Origin: a virus
Lineage: Duplodnaviria > Heunggongvirae > Uroviricota > Caudoviricetes
DNA length: 9,500 bases
Strand: one strand, 5' to 3'
Virus record (IMG/VR): IMGVR_UViG_2648501498_000020
Below are positions 1 through 6,066 of the stretch, piece by piece. The position numbers and the translations under genes are program-made. The notes beneath the pieces were generated by a model. It searched no databases, had not been told where the DNA came from, and saw only the letters and a list, made by a program, of their open reading frames with translations. Position 1 is the first letter of the stretch. Every line of letters begins with the position of its first letter.

Positions 1-345
1 AGATGAAAAATTGAACCACACATTATATTGCTGATCACTATAATATGGCGGTGTCATGTCATGAACAGGACAAGGGTGCTTATCGAAATTGGTAGAAATA
101 CCGATTAAATTTGCAAAGTATATTTTCAACTGTCCACTATCAAAAAGGTATATTTCCAAAGGATTATTTTCAGATATTTGATCTTTTAAATCATTAAACT
201 CCCTTGGACATTGTTCATCAGCTTTTGCCCACCATCCCCACCAAACTGAGCCCTTAGATTTGATTATATCCTGATGTAGAGTGATTGTTTCTCCGGCGGG
301 TGTGACCAAATCCCTGAAACGAAGAATGATAGTTTTGCAATTCAT
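1..345 (-). CDS. hypothetical protein, AT-rich accessory gene (first 115 codons; continues beyond window start)
   Basis: Minus-strand ATG at 345-343 with AAGGAA Shine-Dalgarno 8 nt upstream; 115 codons to position 1 with no stop (MNCKTIILRFRDLVTPAGETITLHQDIIKSKGSVWWGWWAKADEQ...). Region is about 70% A+T, unlike the rest of the window. Not in the ORF track because it runs off the edge. Product not recognised. Confidence 0.6.
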   Translation of the reverse strand, partial: MNCKTIILRFRDLVTPAGETITLHQDIIKSKGSVWWGWWAKADEQCPREFNDLKDQISENNPLEIYLFDSGQLKIYFANLIGISTNFDKHPCPVHDMTPPYYSDQQYNVWFNFSS

Positions 346-430
346 TTATATTCCTTCAATATTCATTTAAATGTCGGGTTCTCTCTACTGATATAAATTA
401 CAATTAAAATCATTGGTAGGGAAGCGCGCA

Positions 431-449
431 GTGCTTTCCCCGCCTCGCC
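431..449. other. cos site: P2/P4-type 19-nt cohesive-end sequence
   Basis: Plus strand reads GTGCTTTCCCCGCCTCGCC, the exact reverse complement of GGCGAGGCGGGGAAAGCAC, which I recall as the P2/P4 cohesive end. GC-rich hairpins follow at 450-520. Confidence 0.75.
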
Positions 450-550
450 CGCCCGCTTTGCGGGGCGGTTTCAATGCAGTTGCACTGACACGCTCAGGCC
501 GCGCCGGGAATGGCGCGGTCTGCAGAAAATGAGGCAGGAAAACGCATGCA

Positions 551-583
551 AAGCCATGCACCTTATCGATGCATGGCTTTTTT
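551..583. terminator. terminator-like hairpin between psu and cos
   Basis: Perfect 10-bp stem AAGCCATGCA (551-560) / TGCATGGCTT (570-579) with 9-nt loop, followed by a T-run on the plus strand (578-583); on the minus strand the hairpin is followed by GCATGCGTTTT. Lies just downstream of the psu stop, so it probably ends the sid-delta-psu transcript and may act bidirectionally. Confidence 0.45.
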
Positions 584-612
584 CAGTAAAACGGGCGGAT
601 TTTCGGGGAATT

Positions 613-1185
613 TTACACAGACTGATGTGATTCCAGTTGCGCACTTTTACGCGAAAAAATCATGTTCTGCGCAGGGGTGAATTTTTCACGGCTGTCATCC
701 ACCGAAGCCGCGTCAGGCCTGAATCCGATGGTCGTTAAAATGTCACTATCCTGTGCGGAATAATTAATTTTTTCCCCCTTCGCAAGCCAGGACAGAAGGG
801 CTTCACGCAGGGCATCTGTGGCACGCTGTATGGCACAGTTTCGGGCAATGGCCGTCAGCTCACTGTATCCCATCAGCTCCGGTGCCAGTGCCGCCGCCAG
901 TGCTGTGCCGTGCTGCTGCATAAAATCATTCAGCCGGTCGCGGATGCTGATGTGCTGAACGGCTTCATGCGAACGAATATAACGACCGGCGGCCTGATTC
1001 ACCTGCCATTTTCTGACTTCGATAATATTGCGTAATTCGTCCAGGCGACTGACGTTTCTGCCTTCCCCGGACAGAAGCCGCAGATATTCCTGTTCGGCCG
1101 CAGCCAGCTCATTTTTGCGTTGCAGCCATGCTGCTTTGTTATTCTGACAGGTGTCAAAGGCCTGCTGTAAGGCTGTGCTCTCCAT
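613..1185 (-). CDS. psu: Psu, polarity suppression protein (Rho antagonist / capsid decoration), P4-type
   Basis: 190-aa ORF recognised as P4 Psu; length matches my recollection. GAGAAAGAGA purine-rich SD upstream of the ATG. Last gene of the minus-strand late operon. Confidence 0.9.
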   Translation of the reverse strand: MESTALQQAFDTCQNNKAAWLQRKNELAAAEQEYLRLLSGEGRNVSRLDELRNIIEVRKWQVNQAAGRYIRSHEAVQHISIRDRLNDFMQQHGTALAAALAPELMGYSELTAIARNCAIQRATDALREALLSWLAKGEKINYSAQDSDILTTIGFRPDAASVDDSREKFTPAQNMIFSRKSAQLESHQSV

Positions 1186-1258
1186 CGTTATCTCTTTCTC
1201 ATCATGCTGAAGAATAAAAATACGGTGTGCGGCGACGGCCGGGGTTAACCGGCAGCCC

Positions 1259-1759
1259 TCATTCCAGACGCAGCGAATATGATTGTGTTTTTAACCGTAC
1301 TGGCGGCAGTTCCTGTTTTTCATGCAGGCGTTCTGCCAGTTCGTCCGGCGTGACCGGGCGGACAATGAAGCGGGTGATGGTCTGAAGCGTTTTAAACACC
1401 AGACCACAGCCCGGATCCGTGCACACATAAAAACGCTCGGTGACTTCCTGAGACAGACGCCGCGATGTTCTTGACAGTGCAAGGCCTTTACATCTCCGAC
1501 AACAATATCCGGTAACAAGCATTCTTTTCGGGCGTTTCATACTGCCGGAGGCTGACGTCAGTGAATCGCGGTATCTCTGTTTGCCTGAAATGTATTCCAT
1601 TCCTGAATCTTTACTGTCAGAGAAAAAGCTTTCACTCGCTTCAAATGTCGCAGAGCAATAAATATTCCGGCACTGTGCAATCATTATCTTGGTGCCATCG
1701 TCCATGAAATGTGCGCGACGAGTGTGAGCAACATGTCCACACGACGGGCAGTAAATCAT
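1259..1759 (-). CDS. delta: Delta, late-gene transcriptional activator (tandem Ogr-like zinc finger)
   Basis: 166 aa with two Cys4 modules (CPSCGH...CRNIYC and CCRRC...CTDPGC), consistent with a duplicated Ogr-type zinc finger as in P4 Delta. Start ATG overlaps the sid stop (ATGA). Confidence 0.9.
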   Translation of the reverse strand: MIYCPSCGHVAHTRRAHFMDDGTKIMIAQCRNIYCSATFEASESFFSDSKDSGMEYISGKQRYRDSLTSASGSMKRPKRMLVTGYCCRRCKGLALSRTSRRLSQEVTERFYVCTDPGCGLVFKTLQTITRFIVRPVTPDELAERLHEKQELPPVRLKTQSYSLRLE

Positions 1760-2490
1760 GACAGCAGTCCTCTGGCCTTAAGCTCTGCACCCTGCTGGTC
1801 TATTTTGTCCTGCCACACCTTGCGCTGTGCCGGTGTGCCTGCCACCTCATAATCCATGTGCGGGAGTGTTGCCGCTGACAGCCCGGTCAGCCGGAGAACC
1901 GGCTCGCCGGTGAGGCTGATTTGCATCTGTTTAATTTTCTGTTCCAGCGATGATTTCACCTGCTGCATGACAGCCTTTTCCGGTGCGACGTAGCCCTGAT
2001 GGCCGGTGGTGTTGGCGAGCGGATTTTCCTGTACCAGAATGCTCAGATGCATTGCCCGGACAAGCGCCTCACAGGTTTCATTCAGGGCGTGTTCCAGCTC
2101 ATGCTCTGCATACAGACTCAGAAGGTGATGATGTGCCTTCCGGTAGGCGGTGGCCGTGCTGTCACACGCCCCTTTCAGGCGTTCGCGTTCAAAATTCAGC
2201 ACCACGGCCAGATTGTCATATTCCTGTACCAGCTCCCGGCGTGCCACGCGCTCAATGTGGCGCTGTTTCAGCTCGTCGCTCAGGACACCACCGGCTGCAC
2301 GAAAGGCCGTGCGCCAGTCGTCAGCGTCGTTTCCGTCGGCCTGCGCCAGCGCATTTTTTTCCTGCTCTGCCCGTTCAATGGCCGTGACGGTCTCATCCAT
2401 CAGGCGGGCGTTCTCAAGATGGGCGGCTCTGGCCTTTTCCAGTTGTGCCAGCGCGGGTTGCAGATATTCAGGGATGGTGTTGTCAGACAT
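1756..2490 (-). CDS. sid: Sid, external scaffold / capsid size determination protein
   Basis: ORF track begins at a GTG (2508), but the ATG at 2490-2488 has AGGAG 8 nt upstream and gives 244 aa, the P4 Sid length I recall. Coiled-coil-like, Ala/Glu/Leu/Gln-rich sequence. Confidence 0.85.
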   Translation of the reverse strand: MSDNTIPEYLQPALAQLEKARAAHLENARLMDETVTAIERAEQEKNALAQADGNDADDWRTAFRAAGGVLSDELKQRHIERVARRELVQEYDNLAVVLNFERERLKGACDSTATAYRKAHHHLLSLYAEHELEHALNETCEALVRAMHLSILVQENPLANTTGHQGYVAPEKAVMQQVKSSLEQKIKQMQISLTGEPVLRLTGLSAATLPHMDYEVAGTPAQRKVWQDKIDQQGAELKARGLLS

Positions 2491-2562
2491 TTTCCGGCTC
2501 CTCGTCACTTCAGGTTAAGAAAATTGTGACGTACACCGGACAACAACACGACGCATTGCAGA

Positions 2563-2580
2563 TGTGCCAGCCCTGACACA
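2563..2580 (-). promoter_or_regulatory. candidate Delta/Ogr activator site (TGT-N12-ACA) for Psid
   Basis: TGTGCCAGCCCTGACACA fits the TGT-N12-ACA dyad of P2/P4 late promoters. Its centre is about 55 bp upstream of a predicted minus-strand start near 2516, leaving a ~26-nt leader before the sid ATG. Low-information motif. Confidence 0.3.
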
Positions 2581-2659
2581 GGAGACTCATCCTCAGACCG
2601 GCAAGCCAGGAAAAGGTCGCAGGAAAAACCGGCTTACTGTTTGTTTTTTTATATTTTAC

Positions 2660-2763
2660 TGTTCACCTCTGTTCACCTTAATAAAAAAGATAAGTAATAC
2701 AGTAAATTAAATGGTGAACAATCGCAGTAATGACTGTTCACCGTCTGTTCACCACTGTTCACC
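2660..2763. repeat. ori-like iteron cluster: six copies of octamer TGTTCACC (five direct, one inverted)
   Basis: TGTTCACC at 2660, 2670, 2735, 2746, 2756 and inverted GGTGAACA at 2713; an 80-bp stretch of >80% A+T follows (2770-2850). Same octamer recurs in crr (7494-7796). I recall P4 ori as holding six such alpha-binding iterons about 4.5 kb from crr; the spacing here is about 4.9 kb. Confidence 0.7.
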
Positions 2764-2922
2764 CGTTCATGGACTTTTTGTGCTGTTTATTACTTTTTAT
2801 TTTTATTAATTAACTGAAATAAATAAGAAAAAAACAATTTGTATTTCACTATAATTTTTTCCAGCTCCTTCCAGAGCGTTTTAAAGCTATCTGGCGTTGA
2901 TGTGCAAAAAACACACAGCAAT

Positions 2923-2940
2923 TGTAAGGCTGCCGGAACA
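2923..2940 (+). promoter_or_regulatory. candidate Delta/Ogr activator site (TGT-N12-ACA) for the late leftward promoter PLL upstream of vis
   Basis: TGTAAGGCTGCCGGAACA; centre about 110 bp upstream of the vis ATG. A start near 2986 would lie about 400 bp upstream of the PLE-like promoter, as I recall for P4. Confidence 0.3.
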
Positions 2941-3042
2941 AATCCCCCCTGTTGCGTCTGCTGAAAATATTCACAAAATAAAGCGCTACCCGAAGCCGGA
3001 CGGACTTATCCGGTGCTGTATGGACATTAACGAGGTAGCCCG

Positions 3043-3309
3043 ATGCAAGCTGTTTTTTCTTCCCCGTCTCCCGCCCCTGTGACGCCACTGATGCCGCTGC
3101 CGGACATCACGCAGGAGCGTTTTTTACGTCTGCCGGAAGTGATGCACCTGTGCGGCCTGTCACGCTCGACCATCTATGAACTCATCCGTAAGGGGGAATT
3201 TCCGCCGCAGGTGAGTCTTGGCGGTAAAAATGTGGCCTGGCTGCACTCTGAAGTCACTGCATGGATGGCCGGGCGCATTGCCGGACGCAAACGGGGGTAC
3301 GACGCATGA
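3043..3309 (+). CDS. vis: Vis, AlpA-family small DNA-binding regulator / excision directionality factor
   Basis: 88-aa ORF; GAGG SD 5-6 nt upstream of the ATG at 3043. [28 protein letters not shown] is a typical AlpA/Xis-type helix-turn-helix. Stop TGA 3307-3309 overlaps a downstream ATG (ATGA). Confidence 0.8.
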   Translation: MQAVFSSPSPAPVTPLMPLPDITQERFLRLPEVMHLCGLSRSTIYELIRKGEFPPQVSLGGKNVAWLHSEVTAWMAGRIAGRKRGYDA

Positions 3310-3905
3310 TGATGCCCGCTCTGCAAAAACTCCCTTTTTCTGGCTTGCCTTTTTCCGGCATTTGCGGATATAGTTTTTCCGCTGCCGCAAAATCGGCAGC
3401 CGGGCGTGAGAACCCGAGCAATCTAACGGCGACATATGACGCGCCATGCGTCTTTTTTTGTGTCGCAATCAACGCCACAGAGCGCCAGATTATGGTGTGG
3501 TGTGTGGTCAGTCGTGCAGATGGCATTCCGTGCATCCTGCCCGCGTCCGCTCATTATGCCGCAGAGTCAATGGTAGCTCAGGCGGGGCAGCCTCCGGGCT
3601 GGCCGGTATCCGTTAGAGCCGGTATTCTCACCCCCGTCTGGGCTATCGCCATCGAGCGTGAGAACTCCGGCGATAGCGTAACCTGCTATCTAACGGAGGC
3701 TGCCATCATGGCTACAACCCTTACCCCCTCACACCCTGAATTTGTCTTTGTGTTTGCGGCTGTCCGTCGCGCAGACCGTCATCCTCGTATCTGTATGCTT
3801 CGCACCGTCGCCGGTGATGAACGCAGCGCCCGCCGTTCCCTTGTCCGTGACTATGTGCTCTCCCTTGCTGCCCGTCTGCCGGTGGTGGAGGTGTCCCGTG
3901 CGTAA
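3306..3905 (+). CDS. long ORF (199 codons from ATGATGATG) spanning the immunity leader; possibly translated only on read-through from vis
   Basis: ORF track gives 3261..3905 (214 aa); the ATG at 3306 overlaps the vis stop (ATGA) and gives 199 codons. It runs across seqA, cI and seqC, and its start lies upstream of the PLE-like promoter, so PLE transcripts could not encode all of it. Coding status uncertain. Confidence 0.35.
   Translation: MMMPALQKLPFSGLPFSGICGYSFSAAAKSAAGRENPSNLTATYDAPCVFFCVAINATERQIMVWCVVSRADGIPCILPASAHYAAESMVAQAGQPPGWPVSVRAGILTPVWAIAIERENSGDSVTCYLTEAAIMATTLTPSHPEFVFVFAAVRRADRHPRICMLRTVAGDERSARRSLVRDYVLSLAARLPVVEVSRA
3345..3374 (+). promoter_or_regulatory. candidate sigma70 promoter (PLE-like): TTGCCT -N18- TATAGT
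   Basis: -35 TTGCCT (3345-3350) and -10 TATAGT (3369-3374), giving a predicted start near 3381, just upstream of seqA. Sequence inspection only. Confidence 0.4.
3406..3429 (+). promoter_or_regulatory. seqA: leader target complementary to cI RNA
   Basis: GTGAGAA...TCTAACGG; both blocks are exact reverse complements of the CCGTTAGA and TTCTCAC blocks at 3610-3631. Confidence 0.5.
3560..3650 (+). ncRNA. cI: cI immunity RNA region (approximate bounds) containing seqB
   Basis: seqB CCGTTAGAGCCGGTATTCTCAC (3610-3631) is complementary in two blocks to seqA (3406-3429) and seqC (3658-3696), with GC-rich hairpins around it (CAGCC-TCCG-GGCTG). Matches the P4 arrangement as I recall it. Ends not determinable from sequence. 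Confidence 0.5.
3658..3696 (+). promoter_or_regulatory. seqC: second target complementary to cI RNA, overlapping the kil ribosome-binding site
   Basis: GTGAGAA (3658-3664) ... TCTAACGG (3689-3696); the 3' block overlaps GGAGG (3695-3699), the SD of the ATG at 3708. Confidence 0.5.
3708..3905 (+). CDS. kil: Kil-like small protein (65 aa; in-frame internal start of the long ORF, eta possibly nested)
   Basis: ATG 3708 preceded by GGAGG (3695-3699) at 8-nt spacing; [65 protein letters not shown]. First start codon with a strong SD downstream of the cI region. kil/eta naming is from memory of the P4 literature. Confidence 0.5.
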   Translation: MATTLTPSHPEFVFVFAAVRRADRHPRICMLRTVAGDERSARRSLVRDYVLSLAARLPVVEVSRA

Positions 3906-4185
3906 TAAAAAAGCCCCTCAGACCGTCTCAGCACGTCATGACGCCCGTGAACACCTCAGCATTGAGGCTTACCATAAGCTCAACCGCGCCAGCGCCGTAT
4001 CCCGGTTTGTTGGGGGTGATTTGATTCACCGTGAACTCTCCGGTCTGCATCAGCTCTACATTCCGCATATTTTCAGCTACCTGAATGAAGATATTGATTT
4101 TGTGCTGAATGAGCTGAAAGCCAAAGGCCTGTGCCGCGATTTTCTCGCCCAGCAGAAAGACCGGGGAGACAGGACGCATGTTTGA
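3898..4185 (+). CDS. epsilon: Epsilon, anti-repressor of helper prophage (derepression of P2-like helper)
   Basis: GTG start at 3898 with GGAGG 8 nt upstream, overlapping the kil stop; gives 95 aa, the length I recall for P4 Epsilon. The ORF-track version (3742..4185) has an implausible N-terminal extension overlapping kil. Confidence 0.7.
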   Translation: MRNKKAPQTVSARHDAREHLSIEAYHKLNRASAVSRFVGGDLIHRELSGLHQLYIPHIFSYLNEDIDFVLNELKAKGLCRDFLAQQKDRGDRTHV

Positions 4186-4633
4186 TTTTCCCCAGCCCGG
4201 TGAGATTTACCGTTCTGCCGGTTTTCCCGATGTGGCCGTGGTCGGCATTCTGGAAGACGGTATTCCGTGGGAAATGCCGTACCGCTGCCCGGACATTGTC
4301 TGGAATCCGTACCGCCGTAAATTCAGTATCCTTGTGCGTATCCTCGCTGACGGGCGCACCACAGACATCCCGCTGGGGCGTTTTCTGCGGGAATTTACCT
4401 GTGACCGTCCTGACCTGTTCAAACGCAGCCCCGTAAACCGGCATGCGGTACTGAAAGAAATGGCCGGAGACCCGGAATTACAGAAATGGCGGGAAAAATA
4501 TCTGGATATTTACCCGCAGGACCCTGTTCCGGTCAGCCGGGCAGCACCGGTAGCGCGGGAATGGCGGGAAATTCCCCGCACGGAGCCTGACCCGGAAACC
4601 ACCCCGGATAACAGTTACCGCAATTATCTGTAA
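4178..4633 (+). CDS. hypothetical protein, P4 orf151-like
   Basis: 151-aa ORF; start overlaps the epsilon stop; GGGGAGACAGG SD-like sequence upstream. Same size and position as P4 orf151. Confidence 0.8.
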   Translation: MFDFPQPGEIYRSAGFPDVAVVGILEDGIPWEMPYRCPDIVWNPYRRKFSILVRILADGRTTDIPLGRFLREFTCDRPDLFKRSPVNRHAVLKEMAGDPELQKWREKYLDIYPQDPVPVSRAAPVAREWREIPRTEPDPETTPDNSYRNYL

Positions 4634-4768
4634 TTAAAAAACGACACCCGAAAAATTAAATGTGCGTATTCGCGCAGGGATACGCACGTCTTCAGGAGAC
4701 GCAGATATGCCTTATCAGTTAATGCAACCGGCACGGAATGCAGTCATCTGTCACAGGGAGGAAAGCAA

Positions 4769-5089
4769 ATGAAAACACCCTTACCGCCCGTCTTACGCGC
4801 TGCCCTTTACCGTCGCGCTGTCGCCTGTGCCTGGCTGACCGTGTGCGAACGTCAGCACCGCTACCCGCATCTCACCCTTGAGTCACTGGAGGCGGCCATC
4901 GCCGCTGAGCTGGAAGGCTTTTATCTGCGCCAGCACGGTGAGGAAAAAGGGCGTCAGATAGCCTGTGCCCTGCTGGAAGATTTAATGGAATCCGGCCCCC
5001 TGAAGGCCGCGCCGTCGCTGTCCTTTCTCGGGCTGGTTGTGATGGATGAACTCTGTGCCCGTCACATAAAAGCGCCGGTACTGCACTGA
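4769..5089 (+). CDS. hypothetical protein, P4 orf106-like
   Basis: 106-aa ORF with GGGAGG SD 7-8 nt upstream; sits immediately upstream of alpha. Function unknown. Confidence 0.75.
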
Positions 5090-5103
5090 AGGAGAACAAC
5101 ACC

Positions 5104-5976
5104 ATGAAAATGAACGTAACCGCCACCGTCAGCCATGCACTCGGCCACTGGCCGCGTATTCTCCCGGCGCTGGGGATTCAGGTGCTGAAAAACCGTCATC
5201 AGCCCTGTCCGGTCTGTGGCGGGAGTGACCGCTTCCGTTTTGATGACAGGGAGGGGCGCGGCACCTGGTACTGCAATCAGTGTGGTGCCGGTGACGGCCT
5301 GAAACTGGTTGAAAAGGTGTTTGGTGTTTCCCCGTCCGACGCGGCCGCAAAGGTGGCTGCCGTGACCGGCAGCCTGCCCCCGGCTGACCCGGCAGTGACG
5401 GCCGCCGCCGGTGCTGAAACAGAAGCCGCCCGGAAGAACGCCGCCGCACTGGCACAAACCCTGATGGCGAAAACCCGTCCCGGAACCGGTAACGCCTACC
5501 TGACCCGCAAGGGCTTTCCCGGCCGGGAATGCCGGATGCTGACCGGCACACACAGAGCCGGTGGCGTGAGCTGGCGTGCCGGTGACCTTGTGGTGCCACT
5601 GTATGACGACAGCGGCGAACTGGTTAACCTTCAGTTAATCAGTGCTGACGGCCGTAAGCGCACCCTGAAAGGCGGACAGGTCAGGGGCACCTGTCACATC
5701 CTTGAAGGACAGAATCAGGCCGGAAAACGTCTGTGGATAGCGGAGGGATACGCGACCGCACTTACCGTGCATCACCTGACCGGTGAAACGGTGATGGTGG
5801 CGCTTTCTTCCGTGAACCTCCTTTCTCTGGCCAGCCTTGCCCGGCAGAAGCATCCGGCCTGTCAGATTGTCCTTGCCGCAGACCGTGACCTCAGCGGTGA
5901 CGGCCAGAAAAAAGCCGCCGCAGCCGCAGATGCGTGTGAAGGTGTTGTTGCCCTGCCGCCGGTCTTCGGTGACTGA
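5104..5976 (+). CDS. alpha: Alpha N-terminal fragment: zinc-binding + TOPRIM primase domain (ends at in-frame TGA)
   Basis: AGGAGA SD 8 nt upstream; CPVCGGSDRFRFDD...WYCNQCG zinc-binding motif and EGYATALT primase motif. Ends ...PVFGD then TGA at 5974-5976. Confidence 0.85.
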   Translation: MKMNVTATVSHALGHWPRILPALGIQVLKNRHQPCPVCGGSDRFRFDDREGRGTWYCNQCGAGDGLKLVEKVFGVSPSDAAAKVAAVTGSLPPADPAVTAAAGAETEAARKNAAALAQTLMAKTRPGTGNAYLTRKGFPGRECRMLTGTHRAGGVSWRAGDLVVPLYDDSGELVNLQLISADGRKRTLKGGQVRGTCHILEGQNQAGKRLWIAEGYATALTVHHLTGETVMVALSSVNLLSLASLARQKHPACQIVLAADRDLSGDGQKKAAAAADACEGVVALPPVFGD

Positions 5977-6066
5977 AATGATGCCTTCACGCAGTACGGC
6001 GGGGAAGCCACCCGTAAGGCCATTTACGATGCCATCCGGCCACCGGCTGAAAGCCCGTTCGATACC

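Noticed and set aside
1291-1518. Minus-strand 75-aa ORF nested within delta
   Set aside because: Out-of-frame overlap with the recognised Delta gene; no translation signals.
1983-2529. Plus-strand ORFs 1983..2387, 1999..2529 and 2150..2518 (122-176 aa)
   Set aside because: Antisense to the recognised sid gene, with no SD and Arg/Cys/Pro-rich composition typical of reverse-strand artefacts.
2525-2542. TGT-N12-ACA dyad at 2525-2542 as the Psid activator site
   Set aside because: Centred only about 45 bp from the sid ATG, so a promoter placed 55 bp downstream of it would start inside the coding region. Retained only as part of the enrichment observation; 2563-2580 fits Psid better.
2640-2770. 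Possible CRISPR array suggested by repeated TGTTCACC units
   Set aside because: Repeats are only 8 bp, irregularly spaced, include an inverted copy and recur in crr; this is an iteron pattern. No cas genes present.
2849-3088. ORFs 2849..3088 (-) and 2897..3082 (+) in the ori-vis intergenic region
   Set aside because: Overlap the predicted late promoter and the vis ribosome-binding site; no SD; low-complexity products. Could not be supported as genes.
3160-3535. Minus-strand ORFs 3160..3468 and 3254..3535
   Set aside because: Antisense to vis and the immunity leader; no SD; likely artefacts.
3436-3576. 46-codon ORF ([15 protein letters not shown]...) in the leader between seqA and the cI region
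   Set aside because: Weak SD, runs into the cI RNA region and sits in what should be an untranslated leader. Considered as a kil candidate but the SD-preceded start at 3708 is preferred.
3928-4444. ORFs 3928..4179 (-), 4073..4444 (-), 4131..4436 (+), 4207..4422 (-)
   Set aside because: Overlap epsilon and orf151 in other frames or on the opposite strand; the SD-preceded, translationally coupled genes explain this region better.
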